Origin: Candidatus Saccharimonadota bacterium
GTDB taxonomy: Bacteria > Patescibacteriota > Saccharimonadia > Saccharimonadales > JACOTW01
Assembly: GCA_016178135.1 (NCBI GenBank)
Contig: JACOTW010000001.1
Coordinates: 228-64,227 of the forward strand
Length of the DNA: 64,000 bases
Direction of reading: 5' to 3'
Shown: positions 28,169-37,872 of the stretch, one piece after another
How positions within the stretch are numbered: position 1 is the first letter of the stretch
Layout: each line of letters starts with the position of its first letter
Translations under genes and position numbers: made by a program
Notes under the pieces: generated by a model
Database searches by the model: none
Seen by the model: the letters and a program-made list of their open reading frames with translations, nothing else
What the model was told of the DNA's origin: nothing

Positions 28169-29278
28169 ATGAAAATCAACAAATATAATAGTAGATTCAG
28201 CGTCTTATCCTTGGCGGTAGCGGTTGCCATAACCTTTGGCTTGGTTGTTAGTCCAATGGTTCGGGCCGATCAATTTGATGAACAAATCCGTAATTTAAAA
28301 AAGCAGAATTCCCAAATAGCTGGTGCCGTTAACCAGCTTGAAGTGTCAGCTGTTGACTTTAATGACAAAATAAGCAAATTACAGCAACAAATTGATGCTT
28401 TGCAGGCACAAATCAATCAAAGTAATGTGGAAATTGAGCAAACCAAAACCAAAATTGCTGTTGCCGAAGAAGAACTGGCCAAACAGCGTAAATTACTGGG
28501 CGTCAATATTAAGGCGATGTATCTGGAAGGTCAAATCTCTACGGTGGAAATGCTGGCCTCCAGTAGCGATCTTAGCGACTTTTTTGACAAAGCCCAATAC
28601 AGGAGTAGTGTAAAAGATACAATCACGGGCACTATGGATAGAGTTACGGCGCTTAAGTTTGAGTTAAACGCTCAAAAAGAGCGTTTAGAACTACAAAAGA
28701 AAGATCAAGAAGCTCGTCAGGTCGATCTGGATGGTCAGCGTGCCGAACAAGCGAATTTGCTGGCATTGAACGAGGCAGACAGAAATCGCCTAAATACCGA
28801 TATAAAAAATAATTACGCCCAAATTGGCGAGCTCAAACGTCAGCAACTTATAGCAAACGCTCGTTTCATTGGCGGTACTGCAGGTACTGGACCGGCTTGT
28901 GGTGGTGGCTACCTCGCTAAATGGTGCGAAATTCCACAAGACAGCGTAGTTGACGATTGGGGTATGTATAACCGCGAGTGTGTAAGCTATGCAGCCTTCA
29001 AGGTTGCCGCTTCCGGTCGTCACATGCCTTACTGGGGCGGTTACGGTAATGCCAACCAGTGGGACGATAACGCAAGAAATGTTGGAATTGTTGTTGATGG
29101 TGAACCACGTGAAGGTGATGTGGCACAAACAGATGCAGGCGGACTAGGGCATGTGATGTATGTTGAACACGTGTATGGTGATGGTACAATTTATATCAGC
29201 CAATATAACGCCAGCTTCGATGGACGTTATAGCGAAAAACGGATTTCAGCCGCCGGTCTTAACTTTATCCACTTCTAG
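28169..29278 (+). CDS. PcsB-like coiled-coil/CHAP peptidoglycan hydrolase
   Basis: signal peptide, long coiled coil, RECVSY..GNANQW..GHVMYVE. Confidence 0.9.
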   Translation: MKINKYNSRFSVLSLAVAVAITFGLVVSPMVRADQFDEQIRNLKKQNSQIAGAVNQLEVSAVDFNDKISKLQQQIDALQAQINQSNVEIEQTKTKIAVAEEELAKQRKLLGVNIKAMYLEGQISTVEMLASSSDLSDFFDKAQYRSSVKDTITGTMDRVTALKFELNAQKERLELQKKDQEARQVDLDGQRAEQANLLALNEADRNRLNTDIKNNYAQIGELKRQQLIANARFIGGTAGTGPACGGGYLAKWCEIPQDSVVDDWGMYNRECVSYAAFKVAASGRHMPYWGGYGNANQWDDNARNVGIVVDGEPREGDVAQTDAGGLGHVMYVEHVYGDGTIYISQYNASFDGRYSEKRISAAGLNFIHF

Positions 29279-29316
29279 TATAATAAGGTGAACTAAAAAA
29301 TATAAATGGGGGTTAC

Positions 29317-30549
29317 ATGGCGCAGAGGGATTCTGATCAAATTGTTAAAAAAGACCGTAAGTTTGGTATAAATTGGGTTAAATCGGCTGCTAATATTTTT
29401 GTAGCCCTTTTGATATTCGTGCTTGGTATTGGGGTGGGTAATGGACGGGTTGCCTTTGGTTCAGACGCCATTTTTCGTAAGAGCCTACAAAAAGGTCTAC
29501 CAAATAACCTTGACTATAGCTCCGTAGAGCAGGTGTACGATTTATTAAAGCTGGATTTTGACGGGCAGTTGGATCAGACAAAGTTGCTTGATGGTCTAAA
29601 GTCTGGCTTGACCCAAGCCAGCGGAGACAACTACACCGAGTATTTTAATCCAGAGCAAGCCAAAGCTTTAAATGATGACCTTAACGGTGCTTTTACGGGT
29701 ATTGGCGCCAAGTTAGGTAAAGAAAATGGCGCGATTATAATTATGTCGCCCCTGCCTGGCTATCCGGCAGAAAAGGTCGGACTGCGAGCCAAAGATATAA
29801 TTGCTAAAATCAATGATGAAACTACCCAGAACATGACTATTGATGAGGCGGTCAAAAAAATTCGTGGTAAAGTCGATACCGAAGTTAGTCTGACAATTAT
29901 TAGAAACGACAAAAAACTAGATTTTAAAATAACTAGACAACAAATTATCGTTCCAAGTGTCGAGTACCAGATACTTGACGGAAATATTGGCTACTTGCAA
30001 ATAACTCAATTCAACACCGATACCACGGAGCTAGCTCAAAAGGCGGCTAATGAATTCAAGCAAAAAAATGTTAAGGGCGTGATGCTTGATATGAGGGGTG
30101 ATCCGGGTGGCTATCTAGATGCTGCCGTGGATGTCGCCAGCCTGTGGTTGCCTGCCGGCAAAACCGTACTGTCAGAAAGACGGGGTGGGGTAGTCATAAA
30201 ATCATACGAAGCTAAAGGTTCATCAACACTCCTGGGGATTCCAACGGTAGTTTTGATTGACGGTGGTAGCGCCTCGGCTTCAGAAATAGTCGCTGGCGCA
30301 CTAAAAGACAACGGCGTGGCAACACTCATAGGCGAAAAGAGTTTTGGAAAGGGTAGTGTTCAGAATATAGAAAAACTTTTGGACGGTAGCGCGCTCAAAG
30401 TCACAATTGCTCGCTGGTACACCCCGAATGGTCAAAATATAGACAAGCAGGGTATTGAACCGGATCAAAAAGTCGAAAGAAGTGAAGATGATTTCAAAAA
30501 CAACCGTGATCCTCAAAAAGATGCGGCTATTAATTTCTTAAAGAAGTAG
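29317..30549 (+). CDS. ctpA: S41 carboxy-terminal processing protease
   Basis: PDZ domain, DMRGDPGG, SASASEI, GEKSFGKGSVQ. Confidence 0.93.
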   Translation: MAQRDSDQIVKKDRKFGINWVKSAANIFVALLIFVLGIGVGNGRVAFGSDAIFRKSLQKGLPNNLDYSSVEQVYDLLKLDFDGQLDQTKLLDGLKSGLTQASGDNYTEYFNPEQAKALNDDLNGAFTGIGAKLGKENGAIIIMSPLPGYPAEKVGLRAKDIIAKINDETTQNMTIDEAVKKIRGKVDTEVSLTIIRNDKKLDFKITRQQIIVPSVEYQILDGNIGYLQITQFNTDTTELAQKAANEFKQKNVKGVMLDMRGDPGGYLDAAVDVASLWLPAGKTVLSERRGGVVIKSYEAKGSSTLLGIPTVVLIDGGSASASEIVAGALKDNGVATLIGEKSFGKGSVQNIEKLLDGSALKVTIARWYTPNGQNIDKQGIEPDQKVERSEDDFKNNRDPQKDAAINFLKK

Positions 30550-30559
30550 GATAGACGAC

Positions 30560-31741
30560 GTGCGACACTTTCTGCAAAGTGAGGCGTGGCAGCGATTTCA
30601 GCAAGCGCTTGGCAAAGAAGTAATTAGCCAGCGCGGACATGGCTGGTCGTTTATGGGTGTTATTGAGCAGCCTCGGAAACGTGGTGGTCGCTTGAATCGG
30701 CGGCTGTATTTGCCTTATGGGCCAACTTGTCAAGATGAAATTGCTCTTGGGGAGGCTCTCCAGGCAATCAGAAAAATAGCAAACCAAAAAAAAGTAGTAT
30801 ATGTTCGCCTGGAGCCTATTATTCTTTCCGGTCAAACAATTGATCTGAAAAAGTACGGCTGTCAACCAAATAAGCACCCCACGCAACCAGATAGAACTTG
30901 GGTACTGAATCTTGCAAAGGACGAGGAAAATCTGTTGGCAAATATGAGTGGGACCAACCGGAACCTTTGGAATACTCATAAAAATAAAGGACTGTCATTC
31001 CAGATTGATTACGATAAAACGGACTTAAAAGACTTTTTAGCGATGCTACACGCGATGGCTGGGCGTAAAGGTCTAAAAACACACGACGACAGTTATTTTA
31101 AGACGATGGCCAGAAGTTTATTTCCCGAAAAAGATGCCGGATTAGCTATTGCTTTGTTGCATGACAAACCAATTGTGGCGGCAATTTTCTTTGATGATCC
31201 AGTGGCTGGGATTAGATATTATGCCCATGCTGGGTCATTTGAAGAGGCTCGGAAAATCCAGGCCAACTCTCCACTTTTGACTTTTTTGATACTAGACGCC
31301 AAAAAACGCGGCTTCAAGGAGTTTGACTTCTATGGCGTCTCTCCGCCTGGTGACGAGTTACACCGCTGGGCTGGACATAGCAAGTTTAAACGCTCATTTG
31401 GTGGTGTAGACAAAGAATACCTAGGAACCTGGGAGTTACCGGTGAGACGCGATTTATTTATCTTGGCCCAAGTTGCTCGCAAATTCAGTAAACTGGACTT
31501 ACGCAAAGCTCCCTCATCCCCAGACCGACTAACCTCGGCTGCAAACAGCTTTTCCTCTCTCGATGTACCTCCTGGTACCTCTCCTTCAGACAAAACTGTT
31601 TTCGCTCGAGCTGATTCGTCCTGGGAACGAGGGATTTTGCGTAAGTCCAGTAAACCTCTTGCCAAAGCTTCAGGGAGTAAGGTAGTATTTAAAGGAATAA
31701 TAAAAAGAGGTGATACAAGAGGTGGCAAAGCAACCGACTAA
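30560..31741 (+). CDS. FemABX-family peptidoglycan bridge peptidyltransferase with 54-aa element-derived insert
   Basis: HFLQSEAW, YLPYGP, RLEP, FDFYG, FKRSFGG, GTWE. Confidence 0.88.
   Translation: MRHFLQSEAWQRFQQALGKEVISQRGHGWSFMGVIEQPRKRGGRLNRRLYLPYGPTCQDEIALGEALQAIRKIANQKKVVYVRLEPIILSGQTIDLKKYGCQPNKHPTQPDRTWVLNLAKDEENLLANMSGTNRNLWNTHKNKGLSFQIDYDKTDLKDFLAMLHAMAGRKGLKTHDDSYFKTMARSLFPEKDAGLAIALLHDKPIVAAIFFDDPVAGIRYYAHAGSFEEARKIQANSPLLTFLILDAKKRGFKEFDFYGVSPPGDELHRWAGHSKFKRSFGGVDKEYLGTWELPVRRDLFILAQVARKFSKLDLRKAPSSPDRLTSAANSFSSLDVPPGTSPSDKTVFARADSSWERGILRKSSKPLAKASGSKVVFKGIIKRGDTRGGKATD
31493..31650 (+). mobile_element. family A element (158 bp), in frame in the FemABX gene
   Basis: perfect 15-bp TIR; TAAA duplicated; 158+4=162 nt with no stop. 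Confidence 0.95.
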
Positions 31742-33326
31742 GTTTGTATTTGTAACAGGTGGTGTACTTTCTGGACTAGGAAAGGGTATTACGGCCGCCT
31801 CCATTGGTAACCTCTTAAAAGCCCGTGGCTTAACAGTCAATCTGCAAAAATGTGATCCATACCTAAATGTTGATGCCGGATTATTGAATCCCCGCGAACA
31901 TGGCGAATGTTTTGTTACCAAAGATGGCGCGGAAACCGATCTAGACCTCGGGCATTATGAGCGTTTTGTGGACGAGGAAATGACTAGTGCCAGCAGCCTC
32001 ATGAGCGGTCGCGTACTACTCAAACTAATCCAGGACGAACGGGCTGGTAAATTTGACGGCGATGACGTTCAGATTATCCCGCATCTAACTGGTGCTATCC
32101 AGGATTGGATATTAAAAGCCGGTGAAGGTTTTGACGTACATGTCGTGGAAATTGGTGGTACGGTCGGTGATTATGAGTCCCTATCTTTTATAGAAGCTAT
32201 ACGAGAACTTGGCGTGCGTGTGGGGCCGGAAAATTGTGTTTATGTACATGTGGTTTACTTGCCATATCTTGGGGCTAGCAATGAAACAAAAACTAAGCCG
32301 GCTCAAAACTCCGTAAGAGAACTGCGCGGACTTGGTATTACGCCAGATATTTTAGTTGGTCGCAGTGAAAAATTAGCTAACGGCAGCGTTAAAAAGAAGC
32401 TTAGTTTGTTTGGTGGCGTAGCCGAAGAAGCCATCGCATTATTGCCAAATGCCCCAAGTATTTACCAGGTACCGTTAACACTGGAAGATACCGGTATTGC
32501 CGATGTCATCACTAGGCGTCTTGGTATAAAAACAAAAAATCCAGATTTAAAGGATTGGCGAGCAGTGGTCAAACAGGCTACTACTAATTACGATAAAACC
32601 GTTAAAATCGGTTTTATAGCCAAATATATGGATAATACCGATACTTATATGTCGGTCTTTGAGGCTCTTAAAGCGGCCGCTTGGTACAATGGCTGCAGTG
32701 TTGATATAAGCTGGGTTGATGCGTCGCAATTTGATGCCAAAGGATCTGATATAAGTAACGCAATGCAGGGCTTTGATGGCATATTGGTACCTGGCGGTTT
32801 TGGCCAGCGGGGACTTGAGGGCAAGATTAAAGCCGCTCAATACGCGATCAAAAGCCATGTGCCTTATTTAGGTCTTTGTTTGGGGTTGCAGGTGGCGGTT
32901 ATTGGCGCCGCTCGTAATAGTGGCATTGTTGACGCGACAACTTTCGAACTTGACCCAGAGGCTAAAAATATAGTAATCAACACTATGGAAGATCAAAAAG
33001 GAAAACACATGACAGGCGGCACAATGCGACTAGGCAACTACGATTGTGTTTTAGAAAAAAACAGCCTTGCCGCCAAGATTTATGGCAGTAAAAACATAAC
33101 AGAACGCCATCGTCATCGAGGTGAATGCAATAACGCCTATCGTGATCAATATAAGGATTGGGGAATCCGTGCCAGTGGCATCAATCCAGAAAATAATCTG
33201 GTAGAAGTAATAGAGGGCATAGATCACCCATTCTTTTTAGCTAGTCAGTTTCATCCAGAATTTAAATCACGCCCAAATCGCCCTCACCCTATGTTTAATG
33301 GCTTTATTCAAGCTTGCCTGAAATGA
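31722..33326 (+). CDS. pyrG: CTP synthase (alternative GTG 31710)
   Basis: FVTGGVLSGLGKG, DPYLNVD, LGLCLGLQ, QFHPEF. Confidence 0.98.
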   Translation: MAKQPTKFVFVTGGVLSGLGKGITAASIGNLLKARGLTVNLQKCDPYLNVDAGLLNPREHGECFVTKDGAETDLDLGHYERFVDEEMTSASSLMSGRVLLKLIQDERAGKFDGDDVQIIPHLTGAIQDWILKAGEGFDVHVVEIGGTVGDYESLSFIEAIRELGVRVGPENCVYVHVVYLPYLGASNETKTKPAQNSVRELRGLGITPDILVGRSEKLANGSVKKKLSLFGGVAEEAIALLPNAPSIYQVPLTLEDTGIADVITRRLGIKTKNPDLKDWRAVVKQATTNYDKTVKIGFIAKYMDNTDTYMSVFEALKAAAWYNGCSVDISWVDASQFDAKGSDISNAMQGFDGILVPGGFGQRGLEGKIKAAQYAIKSHVPYLGLCLGLQVAVIGAARNSGIVDATTFELDPEAKNIVINTMEDQKGKHMTGGTMRLGNYDCVLEKNSLAAKIYGSKNITERHRHRGECNNAYRDQYKDWGIRASGINPENNLVEVIEGIDHPFFLASQFHPEFKSRPNRPHPMFNGFIQACLK

Positions 33327-33364
33327 CTATATAGCGTAGCATGAGCGATATAAGGAATAATTTT

Positions 33365-33811
33365 ATGGACAACACTCAACAACCCCAACAGCCTGAACCA
33401 CCAACAGAAAAAATTCTTACTCCAGCGCCCGTAACAGACCCTAAACACCCCAAGAAAATTTTATTGGTTGAAGACGATGATGCGCTGGCCAGTGTTTATG
33501 AAACTCGTTTAACTTCCGAAGGTTTTGCTACGCGTCGTGTTCCAAACGGCGAAGACGCGTTAGCTATAGCATTAGAATACAAACCAGATCTGATTTTGCT
33601 TGACGTTATGATGCCAAAGGTGAGTGGTTTTGACGTTCTGGACATTTTGCGCAACACGCCCGAAACAATGAACATAAAAGTTATTATGTTGACGGCCCTA
33701 AGTCAAGATAGTGATAAACAACGGGCGGAAACACTGGGCGTTGATGAATATTTAGTAAAGTCGCAAGTAGTAATTGCCGACGTAATAGAACACATCAAAA
33801 AACATCTGTAA
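33365..33811 (+). CDS. single-domain response regulator
   Basis: ILLVEDD, PDLILLDVMMP, LTAL, YLVK; canonical phosphoacceptor Asp. Confidence 0.92.
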   Translation: MDNTQQPQQPEPPTEKILTPAPVTDPKHPKKILLVEDDDALASVYETRLTSEGFATRRVPNGEDALAIALEYKPDLILLDVMMPKVSGFDVLDILRNTPETMNIKVIMLTALSQDSDKQRAETLGVDEYLVKSQVVIADVIEHIKKHL

Positions 33812-33819
33812 CAATTATA

Positions 33820-34182
33820 CTGGACATGTCGCAAAAGCCCCCATCTCCAGACCGACTAACCTTGGTTACAAACGGCTTTTCTTCTCTCGATGTATTCTTT
33901 AAGCTCTCCTTCGGATAAACTGGACCTGTCGCAAAACTCCTCCATCCCCAGATCGAATTCTATCGGCTACTCTTCGAGTCTGAGCCTGAGGGCTCACCTC
34001 AGAGTCGAAGACAAACGGTTTTTCTTCTCTCAATGTAGCCAAGAACTAATTAACATCTATCTGTCGGCTAAAATCTTTAGGTCTGTCACTTTTATTCTGT
34101 TTTTTGTTTTCGGTTCGTACCGATAGGTACGACCAAAAGCCAAGAAAACAGAATAAAAATCATGACAGCTGCTAAAGATTCG
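33820..34182 (+). mobile_element. nested cluster: A containing A (from 33920) containing B (33971-34011) and truncated G (34043-34182)
   Basis: each segment matches full copies elsewhere in the window; all right ends are missing. Confidence 0.88.
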
Positions 34183-34207
34183 TAAGCAGTAAATAGGAAC
34201 AACAAAC

Positions 34208-34576
34208 ATGACAAGCGAAATATCCCAACCAAAACCTCAACAAGAACTTATAACTGGCATACCCACGCCTGAAGATCATGAGCGTATGGCAAACGAACAA
34301 TCAATAGAAGAAGACACGCTTTCTCTTGGGGCCCTAGAGCGAGTTATAGCCGGTGAAGCGGAAGGGATGCATGCGGCAGACTTAAACAAGCGCCATCCTA
34401 TTAAGCCAAGTTCTATGGAATCACGACCAACAGTGCCGTTACCAGAAGCAGCGTATGAAACACGTGAACCGTATGTTCCTGGACCAGGAGAGGAGACGGT
34501 CTATGGTAAGGAAGCCGCCGATCTTAGAGCCCAAGCAAGAGCAATATACGAAGCTGGACAAGCTACTCAAGAATAA
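34208..34576 (+). CDS. acidic hypothetical protein
   Basis: 122-aa ORF rich in E/P/A, AGGA upstream; no recognised family. Confidence 0.6.
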   Translation: MTSEISQPKPQQELITGIPTPEDHERMANEQSIEEDTLSLGALERVIAGEAEGMHAADLNKRHPIKPSSMESRPTVPLPEAAYETREPYVPGPGEETVYGKEAADLRAQARAIYEAGQATQE

Positions 34577-34586
34577 ACTTAAGTTT

Positions 34587-34859
34587 TTATTCGACTGTAA
34601 CTTCGCTGCGTTTTACGGATTTACCACTGAAGAGTCGGACTTTTCGGGTGCTGAAGTTAACTATGCCATCTTTGGCAGCGTGAATGGTGAAATTGCGACT
34701 CAAAGTTGTACCAGCTCCGGCGCGCTTAGTCATACCAACCTGCCGAACGATAACCTGACCGGTTTTAACTTTTTGGCCACCATATAGCTTTACCCCGAGC
34801 CTTTGCCCGGGTGAATCATGAATATTTTTGGATGTACCACCAGCTTTAACGTGTGACAT
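34587..34859 (-). CDS. rpmA: 50S ribosomal protein L27
   Basis: MSHVKAGGTSKN..RLGVK..IVRQ. Confidence 0.96.
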   Translation of the reverse strand: MSHVKAGGTSKNIHDSPGQRLGVKLYGGQKVKTGQVIVRQVGMTKRAGAGTTLSRNFTIHAAKDGIVNFSTRKVRLFSGKSVKRSEVTVE

Positions 34860-34875
34860 TACCAGCCTCTAGTTA

Positions 34876-36087
34876 TTATTTTCTTATTAATACTATTAGT
34901 TCACGGGCTACAACTTGATCCGGTCTATGATAAACAAGATCTGCATTACTCACATGAACAAAACTTGTCCGAGTATACCCCAATTCCTCAATAAGTTCAA
35001 GTACGGGGAGGTGCTTGAAGTTTTTTTCTGTGTTCCAGGCTGGCACCGCGATGCATAAACGGGTTCCAGGGCTAAGTTGCCGGGCTAGATTTTTGAGGAA
35101 TTTTTTGATTATGGTGTTCACATCGTGTATGACTCCGCTAAGCACATCAGCGGTTGGTTGGGCAGAGAAGGGGCGGCCAAGATATGTTTCGCAAGCTACA
35201 GTGTCGATTGGTTTAACCCATTCGTTTTGTGTCGCGTCGCCTATAGAAACACGAAATTCTTTCTGGGTAGGCTGAAGCTTATCCATAAGCCACTCCAGAT
35301 TGGTTTGAGAATATTCAAACATACGCCTGTCAATATCCGTGCCGTAGGCTCGGTAGCCCATTATAAGAGCCTCCTGTAAGATCACGCCTGTTCCACAAAA
35401 AGGATCCAGTATAGTGGAATCGTGGGTGGTTTTTGGGCTACAAGCAGGATCGACGGGCTCGATTAGGCCAACAGCTAGGTTGATGATAATTTGGGCTAGT
35501 TTGGGCGGTAACATGCCGACTTTGGCGTCACGTTTTGGTCGGCCACGGTCGCGCAGAGTGTATGATTCAATATCCTGAACAGCTATGCTTTGGGCGATCA
35601 AGGTTTTGGAACCATGTTTGACGAATATTAGCTCCCAGCCCAGCGGACCAGTGAGTTGATTATGCAGGACCTGGGCGCTACTAAGGGCCGTTTCAACGTT
35701 TGGTATAACTCGAACCGAACGACCACTGGCTCTGATTACTTTTTTGAGAGTCAGACCAGTTGCGGCAATCTGCTGCGGTCTCATTGAAAATCCATAGACA
35801 CTTAATCCAAGCCGCATTTTGCCTTCAGGCATATAGTCCAGATGTTGAGGCGTGGTTTCTGCTAGAAATTTTTCAACATGGCGCCAGTTAACGGTGTCTA
35901 AAATGGTTAGTAGTTTGCAAAACTTTACTGTACCGCCTAGGCGAGTGAAATCAATTTGCGCCGGCTCAATATTAAGTAACGCGCCATGTTCGCCAATAGG
36001 TTGAATATTATCACCACCAAAAAGGCTTTCAAGCTCGGCTATTCCAAGTGCTGGCTGCCTTCCCAAAATACAAAATGCCTGATTCAT
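34876..36087 (-). CDS. Trm11-like SAM-dependent RNA methyltransferase
   Basis: GMLPPKLAQIIINL, ILDPFCGTG, GTDID; start at MNQAF (upstream extension is element-derived). Confidence 0.85.
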   Translation of the reverse strand: MNQAFCILGRQPALGIAELESLFGGDNIQPIGEHGALLNIEPAQIDFTRLGGTVKFCKLLTILDTVNWRHVEKFLAETTPQHLDYMPEGKMRLGLSVYGFSMRPQQIAATGLTLKKVIRASGRSVRVIPNVETALSSAQVLHNQLTGPLGWELIFVKHGSKTLIAQSIAVQDIESYTLRDRGRPKRDAKVGMLPPKLAQIIINLAVGLIEPVDPACSPKTTHDSTILDPFCGTGVILQEALIMGYRAYGTDIDRRMFEYSQTNLEWLMDKLQPTQKEFRVSIGDATQNEWVKPIDTVACETYLGRPFSAQPTADVLSGVIHDVNTIIKKFLKNLARQLSPGTRLCIAVPAWNTEKNFKHLPVLELIEELGYTRTSFVHVSNADLVYHRPDQVVARELIVLIRK

Positions 36088-36100
36088 ACTATCTAGTATA

Positions 36101-36260
36101 CTGGACTTACGCAAAGCTCCCTCATCCCCAGACCGACTAACCTCGGCTACAAACAGTTTTTCCTCTCTCGATGTACCTCCTGGGTACTTCTCCTTCAGAC
36201 AAAACTGTTTTCGCTCGAGCTGATTCGCCCTGGGAACGAGGGATTTTGCGACAGGTCCAG
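36101..36260 (+). mobile_element. family A element on the -10 box of the methyltransferase gene
   Basis: TATA duplicated; followed by an E left TIR (36269-36295) and a D right end (36414-36430). Confidence 0.93.
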
Positions 36261-36445
36261 TATAGCTATAGCCATCCCAGAACAAAATGCCCATTGTGTT
36301 TTAGCATAGCTATAGCCAGAGTTTTCTCATCCACTCATCCCGCGCCACTCTTACATAATTTTTCACCACCCCAGACCAATCCTGTAAAGCAGGATTACTC
36401 TGGAATTGGTGAAAAAGTACGAAAGTCCTATATAATAAATGTTTA

Positions 36446-37504
36446 ATGGTAGACAAAATCAAGCAAGGTCGCTGGAAACTAGCTCTCAATCTTTTTACTA
36501 TTGGGGCGCTTGTGATTCTTGCCTATGCGCTTAGGCATCAGATATCTGAAACAATTCAAAAACTTGGCGAGGTTAACACCTACGCTCTATTGCTAATGAT
36601 ACCCCTGGAGATTTTTAACTATCATTCACAAGCTAAGCTATACCAGAGTATGTTTAGAATTTTAGGCGACAGGATACGCTATCGTTCACTGTATCGTCTT
36701 TCTTTGGAACTAAACTTTGTTAATAATATCTTTCCGAGTGGTGGAGTTTCCGGATTTTCTTATTTTGGCGTTCGTATGAAAAACGGGGCCAACATAGCCC
36801 CAACCAAGGCAACGCTAGTTCAACTCATGAAATTTATTATGATGTTTGTTTCTTTTCAGGTTATGCTTGCCATTGGACTGCTTATGTTGGCGATTGGTGG
36901 CAACGTCAACAACCTAGTCATTTTAGTTGCCGGATCAATTACTACCTTGTTATTCGTAAGTACTTTTGGACTGGCTTATATTATTGGTAGCAAGCAAAGG
37001 ATTAGGAGTTTTTTTACAATCCTAACACGTGTTGCTAACAGAATAATTCATGTGTTTCGCCGCAGGCATCCTGAAACCATTAATATTGATAAGGCTCAAG
37101 AAAAATTTACCGAGATACATGAAAACTACATGTTGCTCAAACAAGACCTTAACGCACTCAAACAGCCACTGCTTTATTCGCTGATGGCAAACGTGTCAGA
37201 GATACTTACTATCTATATGGTTTATGTTGCTTTTGGTCACTGGGTTAACCCTGGCGCTGTTATTTTGGGTTACGCAATCGCTAATTTTGCTGGTTTCTTT
37301 TCGGTTTTGCCTGGCGGGATTGGGCTTTATGAAGCATTGATGACTGCAACGTTGGCCACTGCCGGTGTGTCAGCCGGACTAAGCCTGCCTGTAACTATTA
37401 TGTATCGAGTACTCAATATGTTAATCCAGCTACCGCCAGGTTACTTTTTTTATTATCGAACAATCCACAAGGGGTCAAATAATCAGTCACGGGCTGTCAG
37501 CTGA
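36446..37504 (+). CDS. lysylphosphatidylglycerol synthase TM / flippase-like (UPF0104) protein
   Basis: multi-TM; FVNNIFPSGG, PGGIGLYE, YR. Confidence 0.85.
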   Translation: MVDKIKQGRWKLALNLFTIGALVILAYALRHQISETIQKLGEVNTYALLLMIPLEIFNYHSQAKLYQSMFRILGDRIRYRSLYRLSLELNFVNNIFPSGGVSGFSYFGVRMKNGANIAPTKATLVQLMKFIMMFVSFQVMLAIGLLMLAIGGNVNNLVILVAGSITTLLFVSTFGLAYIIGSKQRIRSFFTILTRVANRIIHVFRRRHPETINIDKAQEKFTEIHENYMLLKQDLNALKQPLLYSLMANVSEILTIYMVYVAFGHWVNPGAVILGYAIANFAGFFSVLPGGIGLYEALMTATLATAGVSAGLSLPVTIMYRVLNMLIQLPPGYFFYYRTIHKGSNNQSRAVS

Positions 37505-37545
37505 TCTTCTTTCCAAGAAACAACGTGTAGCTACTTTTGCTTGGC

Positions 37546-37852
37546 CTAAAAACTACTTTTTTGTCTGCAGCATATCTACGGATATGCTTTATAGGACTTT
37601 CGCACTTTGTTGCCAATGCCAGAGTGTAGCTGGGTGAGCGAAAACGGTTCAGGTTCTGGAGGGGTAGCCATAGCTACACCGAGAGAACATGGGCCGCTTG
37701 TAGCCACACAGGTTAAGTCTGGTGTGGTAAGAAAGTGCGAAAGTCCTATATAGCCAAAGAAAGCTAGTTTTTAGACTCATCATCCATCACTCAAAATTTG
37801 GTCATTTTGTTTTGGAATGGCTCTAGGAACGAGGGATTTCGCATAAGTCCAG
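37546..37852 (+). mobile_element. partial family E (37546-37822) containing D, joined to a family A right end (37823-37852)
   Basis: near-identical to 15201-15316 on both sides of the D copy. Confidence 0.85.
37592..37748 (+). mobile_element. family D element (157 bp)
   Basis: TAGGACTTTCGCACTTT...AAAGTGCGAAAGTCCTA perfect 17-bp TIR; flanks TTTA/TATA; central GTAGC-CATA-GCTAC. Confidence 0.92.
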
Positions 37853-37872
37853 GTAATGTTACAGTTATTCTT

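Noticed and set aside
34208..34576. Acidic protein as the Pup tag for the PafA homolog
   Set aside because: It ends in ATQE, not GGE/GGQ, is about twice the length of Pup and is unlinked.
36088..36294. N-terminal extension of the methyltransferase (likewise xseA 37798, serS 19127, 61999, 15540)
   Set aside because: The extensions run through element sequence; downstream ATGs with -10 boxes fit better.
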